Positions 1-11,660 of a DNA stretch of 64,000 nt are shown here, one piece after another. Position numbers and translations under genes: made by a program. The DNA is from a virus. Its lineage: Duplodnaviria; Caudoviricetes. The stretch lies in IMG/VR virus record IMGVR_UViG_3300031993_000055, positions 1-64,000 of that record. One strand, written 5' to 3'. Position 1 is the stretch's first letter. Each line of letters begins with the position of its first letter. Under the pieces are notes generated by a model. It was given only the letters and a program-made list of their open reading frames with translations. It had not been told where the DNA came from and did not search any database.

Positions 1-2161
<2,161 letters not shown>

Positions 2162-2170
2162 ATAGAAATA

Positions 2171-2440
2171 TTAGCTGATGGTAAATGTCTTGATGGTGTC
2201 GCTACCCTCTGTGGTGGTCGTAAGGACGACCTGCATGCCGTCCATGCCGTCTGTGGCGATCTTCTTGGCAGTGGCGATATCCTCGACAGTCTCACCGACG
2301 GTCTTGGTGAGCTTCTTCTCTGTGGTGTCATAGCCGACATCCTGCAGCTTCTGCGACTCTGCAGTGTCGAGATTCCGCTTGAAGCGGTTCAGGTCCTTAA
2401 CACGCACCGTGCGGTTAGGATGAGTTGAAGTTTTGACCAT
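2171..2440 (-). CDS. Small hypothetical virion-associated protein
   Basis: 89-aa ORF in the structural operon. Its N-terminus resembles that of the upstream 2512-3495 protein. Confidence 0.6.
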   Translation of the reverse strand: MVKTSTHPNRTVRVKDLNRFKRNLDTAESQKLQDVGYDTTEKKLTKTVGETVEDIATAKKIATDGMDGMQVVLTTTTEGSDTIKTFTIS

Positions 2441-2466
2441 ATCTCTTGGTTTTTAATGTTATGAGT

Positions 2467-2497
2467 AGCGGGAAGGGGAGTCGAACCCCTACCCGCC
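2467..2497 (-). other. Intergenic hairpin with a tRNA T-loop-like sequence
   Basis: Minus strand reads GCGGGTAGGGG-TTCGACT-CCCCTTCCCGC. No D arm or anticodon arm is present. Confidence 0.5.
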
Positions 2498-2511
2498 TAT
2501 CTGGCTAAAGG

Positions 2512-3495
2512 TCAGTCAGAAGAGCTGTCGTCGAACATCTCGTCGATGTCCTCGTCAGTAGCATACTCGATGGCATCGAGCTTGCTGTAGTGTGCGGCAG
2601 ACATCAGACCAGCCTGAGAGCCGCTGGCGTTCTGCACGCTCTTCTTGTGAGGCGTGATCACACCGTTGGTGTCCTGGGTGATGCTGTCGATGAAGGTGAC
2701 ACCGGAACCGTCGGCAGAAGGATCTGTAACGGCGCTCTGCTTGGTCTTGTACTCAGACAGAGCATGACCAGAGTCAATGGGGTTACCATTGTCGTCGAAC
2801 TCGGCGATGTGGCCCTCTACGGCGTCGGTGTCCTTGTCGGCCTTTCCGCCCAGAGCTGTCTGTAGCTCAGAGTTAGTTGGCAGGGCAGCCAGCTTCTCAG
2901 CCTGTGCGGCGGTCATCAGACCGTGTGAGCCACCCTGACCAGACTCAGAGGCGACAACGTCGGCAACGGTCTTCTTCAGAGGAGTGATCACACCGTTCTC
3001 GTCCTGAGAGATACTGCTGATGAACTCCAGGGCTGTGCCGCTGGCAGAAGGATCTGTTACGGCGGTCTGCTTTGGCTTGTAGCCAGACAGGTCGATATCA
3101 CCCTGGAATACGTCGTACTTGTAGACACCTGTAGAAGGATTGGCTACATAGACGTTCGCACCCTTGGGGATATTGTGGCCTGCGCCCTCGACGAAGTCAG
3201 AGGTGGTCACGAAGGCATCACTGATGTTCCACATGAAGCCCAGGCAGCCCTCTACGAGGTCGGTGCTTGGATCCAGCTGTGAGAACGAGCGTGTGCCCTT
3301 GGGGATGATGGCGCTTGGCAGAGAGGTGATCTTGCCGAGCAACTCAGCCAGTGCACCCTCTACGGTGCTGGCGTTAAGTCCAGAGATGGCCTCTGAGAGA
3401 GCCTTGGTCTGGAACAGCGCATCGAGATTACCCTTGAAGCGGTTAAGCTGGGCGACCTTAACGACGCGATTTGGATTTGTAGGAGATGTTCCCAT
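2512..3495 (-). CDS. Putative tail fibre/structural protein with an internal repeat
   Basis: Two copies of K(P/T)KQ(T/S)AVTDPSA.G....FI.SI.QD.NGVITP.KK. Start placed at MGTSP (3495); the ORF track extends to 3522. Confidence 0.6.
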   Translation of the reverse strand: MGTSPTNPNRVVKVAQLNRFKGNLDALFQTKALSEAISGLNASTVEGALAELLGKITSLPSAIIPKGTRSFSQLDPSTDLVEGCLGFMWNISDAFVTTSDFVEGAGHNIPKGANVYVANPSTGVYKYDVFQGDIDLSGYKPKQTAVTDPSASGTALEFISSISQDENGVITPLKKTVADVVASESGQGGSHGLMTAAQAEKLAALPTNSELQTALGGKADKDTDAVEGHIAEFDDNGNPIDSGHALSEYKTKQSAVTDPSADGSGVTFIDSITQDTNGVITPHKKSVQNASGSQAGLMSAAHYSKLDAIEYATDEDIDEMFDDSSSD

Positions 3496-3527
3496 TTCGC
3501 ATGAAGTTTTTGTGTTAAACAATATTG

Positions 3528-3854
3528 TTAATTATCACGAGTTTTAGTTGTCTTCCTGGTTCTCTTGCGTACAGGCACGTTGAGCTCAGCCTTCTTCTGG
3601 CTAAAGGTCTGCTCAAGCTGCTTGACGGTCACCTGCTTGATGACGATAAGACCCGTCGGGTTCTGTATCAGAAGCGTGTCCGTATTCTCCTTCTTGCAGT
3701 GAATCTCGAAGAAGGCGGCGATAAGCTTGATGATATGTTCGCCCTCTATCTTCACACTGTCGGCACTCATTTCTCCGCTTTTCAGCTGTCTGCCGAAAAA
3801 GAAATCCCCCTTGCCGTCCATGAGGATCTCGTACTCGTTGCTGTTCTTCTTCAT
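3528..3854 (-). CDS. Hypothetical protein
   Basis: 108-aa ORF co-oriented within the structural operon. Confidence 0.6.
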   Translation of the reverse strand: MKKNSNEYEILMDGKGDFFFGRQLKSGEMSADSVKIEGEHIIKLIAAFFEIHCKKENTDTLLIQNPTGLIVIKQVTVKQLEQTFSQKKAELNVPVRKRTRKTTKTRDN

Positions 3855-3882
3855 AGGTTGTGATATTTAGATGAAAATGAAA

Positions 3883-4572
3883 TCACGTCTCGCTGAACAT
3901 CTCGTCGATATCCTCGTCGGTAGCTGCCTGCTCCTCGAGCTGCTCGTTGATCTGCTCGTCGACATCCTCCTTGATGGTGGTGTCGTCGCTGATGCCCCTT
4001 GCCGCATCCAGCATCTCCGGAAGGGTGTCAATCCTGCCGTCCGGGTTCTTACCCTCGACGAACTGCTTGAACTCGTCGCCGGTCATCGTATCCAATACTA
4101 CTTTTCCCATATCGTCTATTTGTTTACGTTTTTCTGACTTGAAACAGATCCTCTTGCCGTCGGAAGTCAGGATATACTTGCCGTCCTTGCCGCACAGGTA
4201 GTCGTCGCCGTCGATGGAGACGGTGGTGACCTCCTGGTACTGCACCACGTGCTTGCACTTGCAGCCGCGTGTGCGAGAGGGACACAGGCCTATCTCTATG
4301 AGCTTCTGGATGTCGGAGAAGCGGCGACGCTGGTCGTCGTAGTCCTCGTCCTCGTACGAGCCGTAGAAGTAGGCGTAGTAGATACCTGGGCGCAGGTTCT
4401 CCAGCGCAAAATAGTAATTGCCGTCGCTGTCCCAGAAGCAGTCGCCTTTCGGGAGACGGTACTTGGTAAGCCCGCGCTGGTTCTTGATGTGGATCTCCCA
4501 GCTATCCTCATGAAGATCGAAGTCCTCCTGAGAAGCCGTAACCTGAAACTTATAGTCGCCTGGATATCTCAT
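3883..4572 (-). CDS. Hypothetical structural-module protein
   Basis: Start placed at MRYPGD (4572), just downstream of a late-promoter motif at 4586-4621. The C-terminus ATDEDIDEMF is shared with the 2512-3495 protein. Confidence 0.6.
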   Translation of the reverse strand: MRYPGDYKFQVTASQEDFDLHEDSWEIHIKNQRGLTKYRLPKGDCFWDSDGNYYFALENLRPGIYYAYFYGSYEDEDYDDQRRRFSDIQKLIEIGLCPSRTRGCKCKHVVQYQEVTTVSIDGDDYLCGKDGKYILTSDGKRICFKSEKRKQIDDMGKVVLDTMTGDEFKQFVEGKNPDGRIDTLPEMLDAARGISDDTTIKEDVDEQINEQLEEQAATDEDIDEMFSET

Positions 4573-4585
4573 TGTCTTTTTTCTT

Positions 4586-4621
4586 GCAATATACATGAAA
4601 GCCGAACCGAAATCAAGGGCA
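4586..4621 (-). promoter_or_regulatory. Late-type promoter TGCCCTTGA-N19-TATATTGC
   Basis: Same motif and spacing as eight other sites. Confidence 0.7.
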
Positions 4622-5212
4622 TCCCTTGGCAGCCTTCCTGGCGGCACGTTTCCTGTTTCTGGTCTTGGGCGCTGCAGTCCCGAGAGGGCCTCTCTTACCG
4701 GTCCACATCCGTCTGAATTTCTCCCACAGCTCCTCGATCTGACCCTTGTCAGCGGTGATGGTAGCCGTGAAATGCCTGCCGTAGCGCAGGTTCACCGGAC
4801 CGATAATGGCCAGGTCTGGCAGAAGAATGACCGTCTCGCTCTGCTGGCAGTCGCGGATCTCCATCCGCCCTGCGAAGGGATTCTCCTTCTCCCACGCGGA
4901 AGCCGCAGGCGACTTGTCCTCAGAGAAGTCGGCCAGGAGCGTCAGGTGGCTGACCACGTCCATCTTACCCTTTCCGTCCATACGCGCCAGCTGCTTGCGC
5001 ATCGTCCACGCGATAGCCTCTGCAGCCTGGTCGGGGATATACGGCACGGCAATGAGCATACGCGTCTCGGAGTAGCGTCCCAGCAGGGCCGGCAGCAGCT
5101 CCGTGAGGCTCATGTCGTCATACCCCTCGAACTGCTTCGTTCCGCTCTCGCCTAATAGGTCGCGCAGCTGTCTGAGGTGACGGGCCGCGCAGCATGGTTC
5201 TATGATGTGCAT
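4613..5212 (-). CDS. Hypothetical protein
   Basis: 199-aa ORF directly after the putative tail tube gene. Confidence 0.6.
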   Translation of the reverse strand: MHIIEPCCAARHLRQLRDLLGESGTKQFEGYDDMSLTELLPALLGRYSETRMLIAVPYIPDQAAEAIAWTMRKQLARMDGKGKMDVVSHLTLLADFSEDKSPAASAWEKENPFAGRMEIRDCQQSETVILLPDLAIIGPVNLRYGRHFTATITADKGQIEELWEKFRRMWTGKRGPLGTAAPKTRNRKRAARKAAKGCP

Positions 5213-5299
5213 AACTCTATGTGTTGAAATAAGAAAGGCCCAGGCCCTTCTTGTGGGGAGCCCGAGCCTTCAACTATGATGAATAAAGCGGAGACCTGC

Positions 5300-5857
5300 T
5301 TACTCGCTGTCGTCCTCCATCTCGATGTTACCGTACCACTTGGTGGTTGGGTAGAGCTGGTAGGCGCAGGTAACGGTAAAGGTCTGGCCGTGGTCGTCGT
5401 TACGTGCAGTACCAGAGTCTGCAGCAACAGCCCACTCTGCCTCACCGTTCTCGTTACCGATGACGATGAACTCGCTCTTGCCGTCTACCTTCTTACCTGT
5501 TGCCAGGAAGTACAGGTACTTGTCCGAGTTGTGCAGGACACGGCTGGTGTGAGCCATACCGTCCTCGTTGAGCTCGACACGGCCTGTGCCGCTGGAGCTC
5601 CAACCCTTACCGGTACCGTTGTCCTCTGAGGTGTACTGACCAGTCTGAGACTTGTAGTCGATACGGATACCCTTCAGAGCGGCGCTTGCGCCTGCGGCAG
5701 GAGTAATATCGTACTGGTTCTTCTCGTCGTTGGGGACGATTGAACTGATGTGATCGCTGTCTACAGGAACGGCGAACAGGTAGTTCGACAGACCTGCAGG
5801 GTTCTCCTGGCAGTTAGCCGAAGAGAGAACTGATTTGGGGATACATGAAAGTGGCAT
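5300..5857 (-). CDS. Putative major tail (tube) protein
   Basis: 185 aa, beta-rich and G/S/T-rich, directly downstream of the capsid gene. The call is positional inference. Confidence 0.5.
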   Translation of the reverse strand: MPLSCIPKSVLSSANCQENPAGLSNYLFAVPVDSDHISSIVPNDEKNQYDITPAAGASAALKGIRIDYKSQTGQYTSEDNGTGKGWSSSGTGRVELNEDGMAHTSRVLHNSDKYLYFLATGKKVDGKSEFIVIGNENGEAEWAVAADSGTARNDDHGQTFTVTCAYQLYPTTKWYGNIEMEDDSE

Positions 5858-5967
5858 AATCGTATTTGTTTTTGTGTTAATCCTCTTTGTTAAATGATGA
5901 ACTAAGCTACTGCAGGCGGCATCTTGTCAGTGGACTGCCAGGAGCCGCCTGCCATAGCCTGTATCGT

Positions 5968-7230
5968 TTAGTCGCTCGAAGACTTCTCGTCGAACATAGC
6001 CACGAGCTTAACCACGCCACCTGGGAAGGTGTATGGATATGGGTTCTCGTAAGAACCGTTGCTCCAGCCTGCGAATACGAAGCCCTCCTTTGGAGTGGCC
6101 TTTACGGTCAGGATGTCACCATCCTCGTAGAGGTCCTTCTGGCCGTTGACGATCTCGACGGTACCCTCTGTGGTGTCGCTTGACTCCAGGGTGAACACGT
6201 CTGCGATGTACTGGCCTGCAGGAAGCTCCATAGGAGTGTTCACTGCGTCGTTCACTGCGAATGCCTCAGGAGCGTAGTCGCGAATACGTACGCAGGCACG
6301 ACCGTTGGCCTGGTAGTCGATGACGCGCAGGTCCTTAGATACCTGACCGATAGAGATCATGGCATCCTGCTCGCGGTCCGAGCAGATGAACTCGAGGTTG
6401 TCCTGTACCGAAGCGATGAGCTGGCCGCCCTTACCCATGGCAGGAGAGGTCTTGAGCTCTACGTTAGGCATCTCGGCGAACCTCCAGCCTGCGTTCAGCA
6501 CGGTAGGAGCGATCTGTGGGAAGGTCTCCATGTAACCCTTCACTGCCAGACGGCAGAACTGGTCAGAGGCGTAGATGTACAGCTTGTCGGCACCCTTCAG
6601 GGCTGCTGACAGACCACCGTAGAAGTTTACGAGCAGGTCGTAAACCTGCTTGGCGGTCAGACCTGTAATGTCGCCGGTCTCGATGAGGTTACCGTTGATC
6701 TTAGAGATAGTACCGTCAGAGCGCTTCATAGCGATGATGGTGTAGAAGCCGTTGAAGAGCGACAGGCCCAGCTTGACTGCGTTCTCGGGAGTCTCCTCGA
6801 GGTTGCGGTTGGCCTTGTTGCCGAAGAATACGTTTGCACGTACGCTCTCTGCGGTGTTGCCGCCGAGCTGGTTCAGCAGGAAGACGGTGTGCTCGGCACT
6901 CTCCACAACGTTAGTGTCCTGGAAAGGACCCTTCTCTGTGTAGCGCTCGATGCTGTCCTCTGTGTGCAGGTAGTACTTCTCCAGCTTGGCTGGGTTGTCT
7001 ACGAACTTGCCGAGCTGTGAGCTCTTCACGTTACCTACTACGTAGGCACGAGCCTGAAGACCCTTACGGTTGAAGATGTAGCACACGTCGATGTTCTCAA
7101 CGTCTGTAGTAACCTTCATACCCAGGTCGGCGAACATGTTGTCGGTGAGCAAGCTGGCCTTGGCCACAAGCTCTGGATGGATCGTCTCTTTGACGGTCTG
7201 GATCTGGTTAATGCTAAGTGCGTAAGCCAT
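5968..7230 (-). CDS. Major capsid protein with a C-terminal InlB B-repeat/Ig-like domain
   Basis: Follows the S49 prohead protease and has its own late-type promoter. The last ~70 aa (GTVEIVNG...GDILTVKATPKEGFVFAGWSNG) match the divergent InlB B-repeat pattern. Confidence 0.7.
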   Translation of the reverse strand: MAYALSINQIQTVKETIHPELVAKASLLTDNMFADLGMKVTTDVENIDVCYIFNRKGLQARAYVVGNVKSSQLGKFVDNPAKLEKYYLHTEDSIERYTEKGPFQDTNVVESAEHTVFLLNQLGGNTAESVRANVFFGNKANRNLEETPENAVKLGLSLFNGFYTIIAMKRSDGTISKINGNLIETGDITGLTAKQVYDLLVNFYGGLSAALKGADKLYIYASDQFCRLAVKGYMETFPQIAPTVLNAGWRFAEMPNVELKTSPAMGKGGQLIASVQDNLEFICSDREQDAMISIGQVSKDLRVIDYQANGRACVRIRDYAPEAFAVNDAVNTPMELPAGQYIADVFTLESSDTTEGTVEIVNGQKDLYEDGDILTVKATPKEGFVFAGWSNGSYENPYPYTFPGGVVKLVAMFDEKSSSD

Positions 7231-7280
7231 AATCTGTTCTTGTGTTAAAGGGTGAATACTTTGTTTACTTTTCTATACTG

Positions 7281-7316
7281 CAAAATTACTGAAAAACACC
7301 GTTGGCATCAAGGGCA
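7281..7316 (-). promoter_or_regulatory. Late-type promoter for the capsid gene
   Basis: TGCCCTTGA-N19-TAATTTTG. Confidence 0.8.
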
Positions 7317-7321
7317 GGATT

Positions 7322-9229
7322 CTACTCCTCCTTCAAAGACTCGAGAATCTGCTCATAGCTCATGCCACGCTTGATGCGCAGGTGCTTGTTCTGCTTAGGC
7401 GCGTCACCCGTACCGTTTCCGGCTGGGATGCCTGCCTCCGAGTTGATCATGTGAGCTGGCTTCTCGGCCATCTCCTTGACCTCGGCCTGCAGGTCAGCGA
7501 CCTTCTTCTTCAGAGCTTCAATCTCCTTGTCCTTCTCCTCGATGGCCTTGTCCTTCTCCTCGATGGCCTTGTCGCGCTCGACGATAGTCTTGTCGCGCTC
7601 GGCGATGGTCTGCTCTGCCGTGTGCAGAGTCTCCTGAATCTTGTCGATCTCAGCCTTTGCATCCTCGACAGCCTGCTGAGATGGCTCTGGCTCGGCTGCG
7701 GGCTGGGCGGCGGGTTCTGCGGCAGGCTCTGCTGCGGGCTGGGCAGCGGGCTCCTCCTGTGCGGGTTCAGCGGCTGGCTGGGCAGCGGGTTCGGCGGCGG
7801 GCTCTGCCTGTGCTGGTTCTGCTGCTGGTTCTGCTGCTGGCTCCTCCTGTGCAGGCTCTGCAGCGGGCTCCTGTGCGGCTGGCTCTGCTGCGGGTTCTGC
7901 TGCTGGCTCTCCCTGTGCGGGTTCAGCTGCTGGCTCGGCAGCGGGTTCAGCGGCGGGCTCTGCCTGTGCTGGTTCTGCTGCTGGCTGTGCTGCGGGCTCC
8001 TGTGCGGGCTCTGCAGCGGGTTCCTGTGCGGCCTGGGCTGCCTGAGCCTCCTGGGCCTTCTTCTCTTCGTCTGTCATATTCTCATCGTTTTTAGGGGTTG
8101 CTACTTCTACAGTCTGTGGACCAAAGAATCCCGGTTTCTCCTCCGTCACATGACCGTCCTCGGCCATCACGAGGTTACCCTTGGAGGCATCGGAAGCCAG
8201 CTTGGCTCTCTGCTGCTCGTTGAGCTTGGCAAGCTCCTGCGGCTCCTGGGCAGGAGCAGGATTACCCTCGCCCTTAGGCTCGGCAGTCATGAAGCGGGCT
8301 GCTGTGAGCGTCTCGTCTGCCAGCTCGAAGACAGCCTCGATGGCGCGGTCCATATCGCCGATCTCGTCCACGAGGGCCGGGATGACCTCCTGTGCCTCGA
8401 AGACCTTACCTGTGAGCATGTCGTCGCTGACCAGCGGACGGTTCTCGCGTACGCTCTGGTGGAAGTCCGCCGTATCCTTGTTCAGCTCCTCCTGCAGCTT
8501 CTCGTACTCGCCCTTGGCAGCCTCGCGCCACCAGGCGTTCTTGTCCTGGCACTGGTCGCCGACGAGCTCCACATAGCGGTAGCCGTCCTTGTCGACGGTG
8601 TCATGGGCCACAGCCCAGAAGGCAGCCATCGAGCCGATGCAGCCGAACTCGTCCTTGGGGTTCATGACGATGACGCGGTCGCAGCGCGAAGCGAGGTTCA
8701 CACCGCTCGAGCAGCACATGCCGTCGACGAAAGCCACGGTAGGCTTGCCCTTCTCGCGGCAGTCGGCAATCATCATCTCGTAGTCGTTACGGCATGAAGA
8801 CTGTCCGCCGGGGGTGTTGATGACAAAGATGTGGCCTACCACCTGTGGGATGGTGTTGGCATACATCACCTGGTCGCGGAAATCCTTCGTGCCGTACGAG
8901 CATCCGTCACCGTCGCGGGTGACAGGACCGTCGACGACGACCACGTCGATGATCTCGTCATCGTCCTGCAGCTGCTCGTCGTTCCAGTACAGATGGTTCT
9001 CCACACGGTAGATATTACCTACATACAGCTTGTCCTCGAAACAGGCGCCGAGGGTCTTGCCGTCTTTCTGATAGCCTTTCTTCGATAGGAAGTAGCCATG
9101 CTGCTTCTCTATGTCGTCTCCCAGATGCAGCTCTACGGCATTCTTCAGGGCATTGGCATAGTTCTGAGCAAGGTCGGGGCGGAAGTCCCAGACCTTGTTG
9201 TTCATGATTCGTAACAGAGATACATTCAT
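7322..9229 (-). CDS. S49 (SppA/ClpP-like) prohead protease with C-terminal scaffold-like region
   Basis: INTPGG, FVDGMCCSSGVNLAS and GCIGS motifs; C-terminal A/E/P repeats plus a coiled coil. Confidence 0.85.
   Translation of the reverse strand: MNVSLLRIMNNKVWDFRPDLAQNYANALKNAVELHLGDDIEKQHGYFLSKKGYQKDGKTLGACFEDKLYVGNIYRVENHLYWNDEQLQDDDEIIDVVVVDGPVTRDGDGCSYGTKDFRDQVMYANTIPQVVGHIFVINTPGGQSSCRNDYEMMIADCREKGKPTVAFVDGMCCSSGVNLASRCDRVIVMNPKDEFGCIGSMAAFWAVAHDTVDKDGYRYVELVGDQCQDKNAWWREAAKGEYEKLQEELNKDTADFHQSVRENRPLVSDDMLTGKVFEAQEVIPALVDEIGDMDRAIEAVFELADETLTAARFMTAEPKGEGNPAPAQEPQELAKLNEQQRAKLASDASKGNLVMAEDGHVTEEKPGFFGPQTVEVATPKNDENMTDEEKKAQEAQAAQAAQEPAAEPAQEPAAQPAAEPAQAEPAAEPAAEPAAEPAQGEPAAEPAAEPAAQEPAAEPAQEEPAAEPAAEPAQAEPAAEPAAQPAAEPAQEEPAAQPAAEPAAEPAAQPAAEPEPSQQAVEDAKAEIDKIQETLHTAEQTIAERDKTIVERDKAIEEKDKAIEEKDKEIEALKKKVADLQAEVKEMAEKPAHMINSEAGIPAGNGTGDAPKQNKHLRIKRGMSYEQILESLKEE
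7680..8050 (-). repeat. Coding tandem repeats (EPAAEPAQ / EPAAQPAA)
   Basis: About 120 aa made almost only of A, E, P and Q inside the protease ORF. Confidence 0.9.
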
Positions 9230-9260
9230 ATCATTGATGTTTTTGTGTTGTTGTCTACTG

Positions 9261-9296
9261 CAAAATTACATTATAACCGTCTGGCCATCAAGGGCA
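9261..9296 (-). promoter_or_regulatory. Late-type promoter for the protease gene
   Basis: TGCCCTTGA-N19-TAATTTTG. Confidence 0.8.
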
Positions 9297-10529
9297 TCAC
9301 TTCGTCTCGGGGTTACGGTGGGTCGCCGGGAAGGCCGTGAACAGCTTCTTGCGGCCGTCGTGCAAAGCCTTGCGGTGGCGTCGCTCCTCGGCCTGCTCGC
9401 GGTGCTCGCGCTCCCATCTCTCCTTGGCCTCACGTGCGCGCACCTCCTTATATATAGGCGTGTCTATGACTGCCTCGCCCAGGGCGTCGAGGTGCTCGGC
9501 CACGAACTCACAGGCAGCGGCCATGGCCTGCTGGGCATCCGTCATCGAGTCGCGGCGTGCCATGCGCTCCTCCTTGGGGCCTATGGTCATCTTGCGGCTC
9601 TCGACATAGAAACCCAGCGCGGTACGCAGCAGGACGACGAGCTCATCGTAGACCTCACTGTCCAGCACCTCCTCCCCGCTGTCGCTCGAGTCCTCGTCGT
9701 TAGGCGGCGGACAGGGAAGCCCGAGGTTGGCATACTCCACGACAGCCTTCAGGAGCTTCAGGCCGATACGCGGCTTGAGGTAGGTGTTCTGGCAGAAGCG
9801 GATATCCCTCACCAGCGACACATACGCTGCACGTTCACCCTTGATGTCCAGGTACTCGTTCAGGATACGCGCCGTCTGGAACAGCAGGTCCTTATGCAGG
9901 TAGAAGGCGTCAGCCTCCTGCCACAGGTCCGTGAAGTAGCGCTCATGCTTGGCATCGGCCTCGAGGAACAGCAGCAGCGAGTCCGTCGAGCGCCCTGCAG
10001 ACATGAAGGCATCCTTGACCACGCGGTCCTTGGCCTTCTCGTCCGCACCGTCATAGCCGTCGGCAGAGACGACGTTCATGCCACCGCCCTCGTTGAAGGA
10101 GACGGTCAGCAGTCCTGCCTTGTGCGAGAGCATGCGGTAGAACTCTATCTGCTGGCAGTAGCGTATGAGCATGATGGTCTGCATGTCCTTCTCGGGCACC
10201 TCCCTGTTGTACTCAGGCTCCAGGGGGAAGCTGGCAGACTGGAACTCACCGCTGGCGATGGAGTCCATGCGTGCCGTGATGTCGGCATGCGGCAGGCTGG
10301 CGTCCTCCTTGGCCTTGTGGATAGGTATCACGGTCTCGGCGGTGATATCCTCATACTCCTGCGTCAGACGGACGTACTCGTTACACAGGTGATGGTACAG
10401 CGCCTCGCCCAGAAGCGGCTCGAGCGCCGTGCGCTCCTCCTCCTCCAGGTAGCTCTTGAGCTGGTCCACACGGTCCCATCTGGCCGTAGGCATGAGATGT
10501 ATGATCTCGTTCTGTGAGGTTATGAACAT
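9297..10529 (-). CDS. Putative head-tail connector/head completion protein
   Basis: 410-aa helical ORF with a late-type promoter, adjacent to the protease and capsid genes. The call is mainly positional. Confidence 0.4.
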   Translation of the reverse strand: MFITSQNEIIHLMPTARWDRVDQLKSYLEEEERTALEPLLGEALYHHLCNEYVRLTQEYEDITAETVIPIHKAKEDASLPHADITARMDSIASGEFQSASFPLEPEYNREVPEKDMQTIMLIRYCQQIEFYRMLSHKAGLLTVSFNEGGGMNVVSADGYDGADEKAKDRVVKDAFMSAGRSTDSLLLFLEADAKHERYFTDLWQEADAFYLHKDLLFQTARILNEYLDIKGERAAYVSLVRDIRFCQNTYLKPRIGLKLLKAVVEYANLGLPCPPPNDEDSSDSGEEVLDSEVYDELVVLLRTALGFYVESRKMTIGPKEERMARRDSMTDAQQAMAAACEFVAEHLDALGEAVIDTPIYKEVRAREAKERWEREHREQAEERRHRKALHDGRKKLFTAFPATHRNPETK

Positions 10530-10547
10530 AGCATATCGTTTTTACTG

Positions 10548-10583
10548 CAAAAATAAGCAGGCGCCCCGCCAAAATCAAGGGCA
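10548..10583 (-). promoter_or_regulatory. Late-type promoter
   Basis: TGCCCTTGA-N19-TATTTTTG. Confidence 0.8.
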
Positions 10584-10710
10584 GTCGTCGGGGCAGGAAA
10601 ATAATCATGGATTTATTTGGTGGTTTCGGAAATAAGTATTACCTTTGCCCACGGTTAAAATTGGTTTCATGCACAATTTAATGATCCGGATATTTTTTTG
10701 AACAATAGAC

Positions 10711-10744
10711 TGAGACCGCCTGTCCGTGATGGATGGGCGGTCTT
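10711..10744 (+). terminator. Hairpin terminator, copy 1 of a 34-nt direct repeat
   Basis: TGAGACCGCCTGTCCGTGATGGATGGGCGGTCTT, identical to 11661-11694. Confidence 0.75.
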
Positions 10745-10916
10745 GTCTTTATCATCGCCTGACAATGGCAGGACTTCACGACGACAATAAGCCCGGAACC
10801 GTTAAATAAATATAATAAAGGAAACATTTTTGTTTCTTTTCTTGCATAATAGAAACAAAAACGTTACATTTGCAATGTCTTTTAAGACAAACGTTCTTTT
10901 AAATCATTTTAAACAA

Positions 10917-11132
10917 ATGAAGTTTTCACAGTTCTACAGGTTCCTCGAATCCCAAGGCTGGACAAGAGGAAAGGGCGGAAATCATCACAAGTATTTCAGC
11001 CCCGACTCACGCCACTGGATTCCCGTAGGACGCCATGAATCGCAAGAGATTGGCCCCTGGTTGCTCAACAAAATGCTCAACGAAGCGGGATTGAAGGAGG
11101 TCTACAGACAGTGGAAAAAGAACAGGACGTGA
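10917..11132 (+). CDS. hicA: HicA-family mRNA interferase toxin
   Basis: MKFSQFYRFLESQGW...GGNHHKYF...IPVGRHESQEIG...L.KML.EAGL (G-x-H, P-x-H pattern). TAnnTTTG box at about 10865. Confidence 0.9.
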   Translation: MKFSQFYRFLESQGWTRGKGGNHHKYFSPDSRHWIPVGRHESQEIGPWLLNKMLNEAGLKEVYRQWKKNRT

Positions 11133-11199
11133 GTCGGTCGCCCGTCGCTATAGCGGCGATGGGCGACTCTAAGACAAAAACGAAAAAATCAGAATAATT

Positions 11200-11604
11200 A
11201 TGAATAAGGATGTTATAGACGTTATTATCGAAGTTGCTTCCGACGGCGGTTACTGCGCTTTTTCTGAGGACGTACCGATGGTGTATGCCAACGGACTGAC
11301 AGAGACAGAGGTCAAGCGCGAGTACCTTGAGATGATGGAGGAGCAAGCCGAGAACTGCATACAGCGCTCGGGCGAGCGCCCATGGTGGGCCGACGCACAG
11401 GTGCGTTTCGTCTATACCATATCGACGATGTTTGCCACCTTCCCGTTCCTCAATGCCACCGCACTGGCCGAGTGGATGGGTATCAACCCCGGGCTTATGC
11501 GCAAGTACAAGGCAGGCCTGGCTACGCCTCGCGGAAAGAACCGCAAGATCATCAGCGAGAAGATGGCTATCCTGTCCAAGAAGCTTGCAGACTTTGCAAT
11601 ATAG
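11200..11604 (+). CDS. hicB: HicB-family antitoxin
   Basis: IIEVASDGGYCAFSEDVP..YANGLTETEVK N-terminus, plus a C-terminal HTH (LNATALAEWMGINPGLMRKYKAG). Confidence 0.88.
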   Translation: MNKDVIDVIIEVASDGGYCAFSEDVPMVYANGLTETEVKREYLEMMEEQAENCIQRSGERPWWADAQVRFVYTISTMFATFPFLNATALAEWMGINPGLMRKYKAGLATPRGKNRKIISEKMAILSKKLADFAI

Positions 11605-11660
11605 GAAAATTGGTTTCGCGCCAAGAACTGTGAAATAGGAGAATTTTAAAAAAGAACGTT

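Noticed and set aside
2467-2497. tRNA gene
   Set aside because: Only a T-loop-like hairpin is present; there is no D arm, anticodon arm or acceptor pairing.
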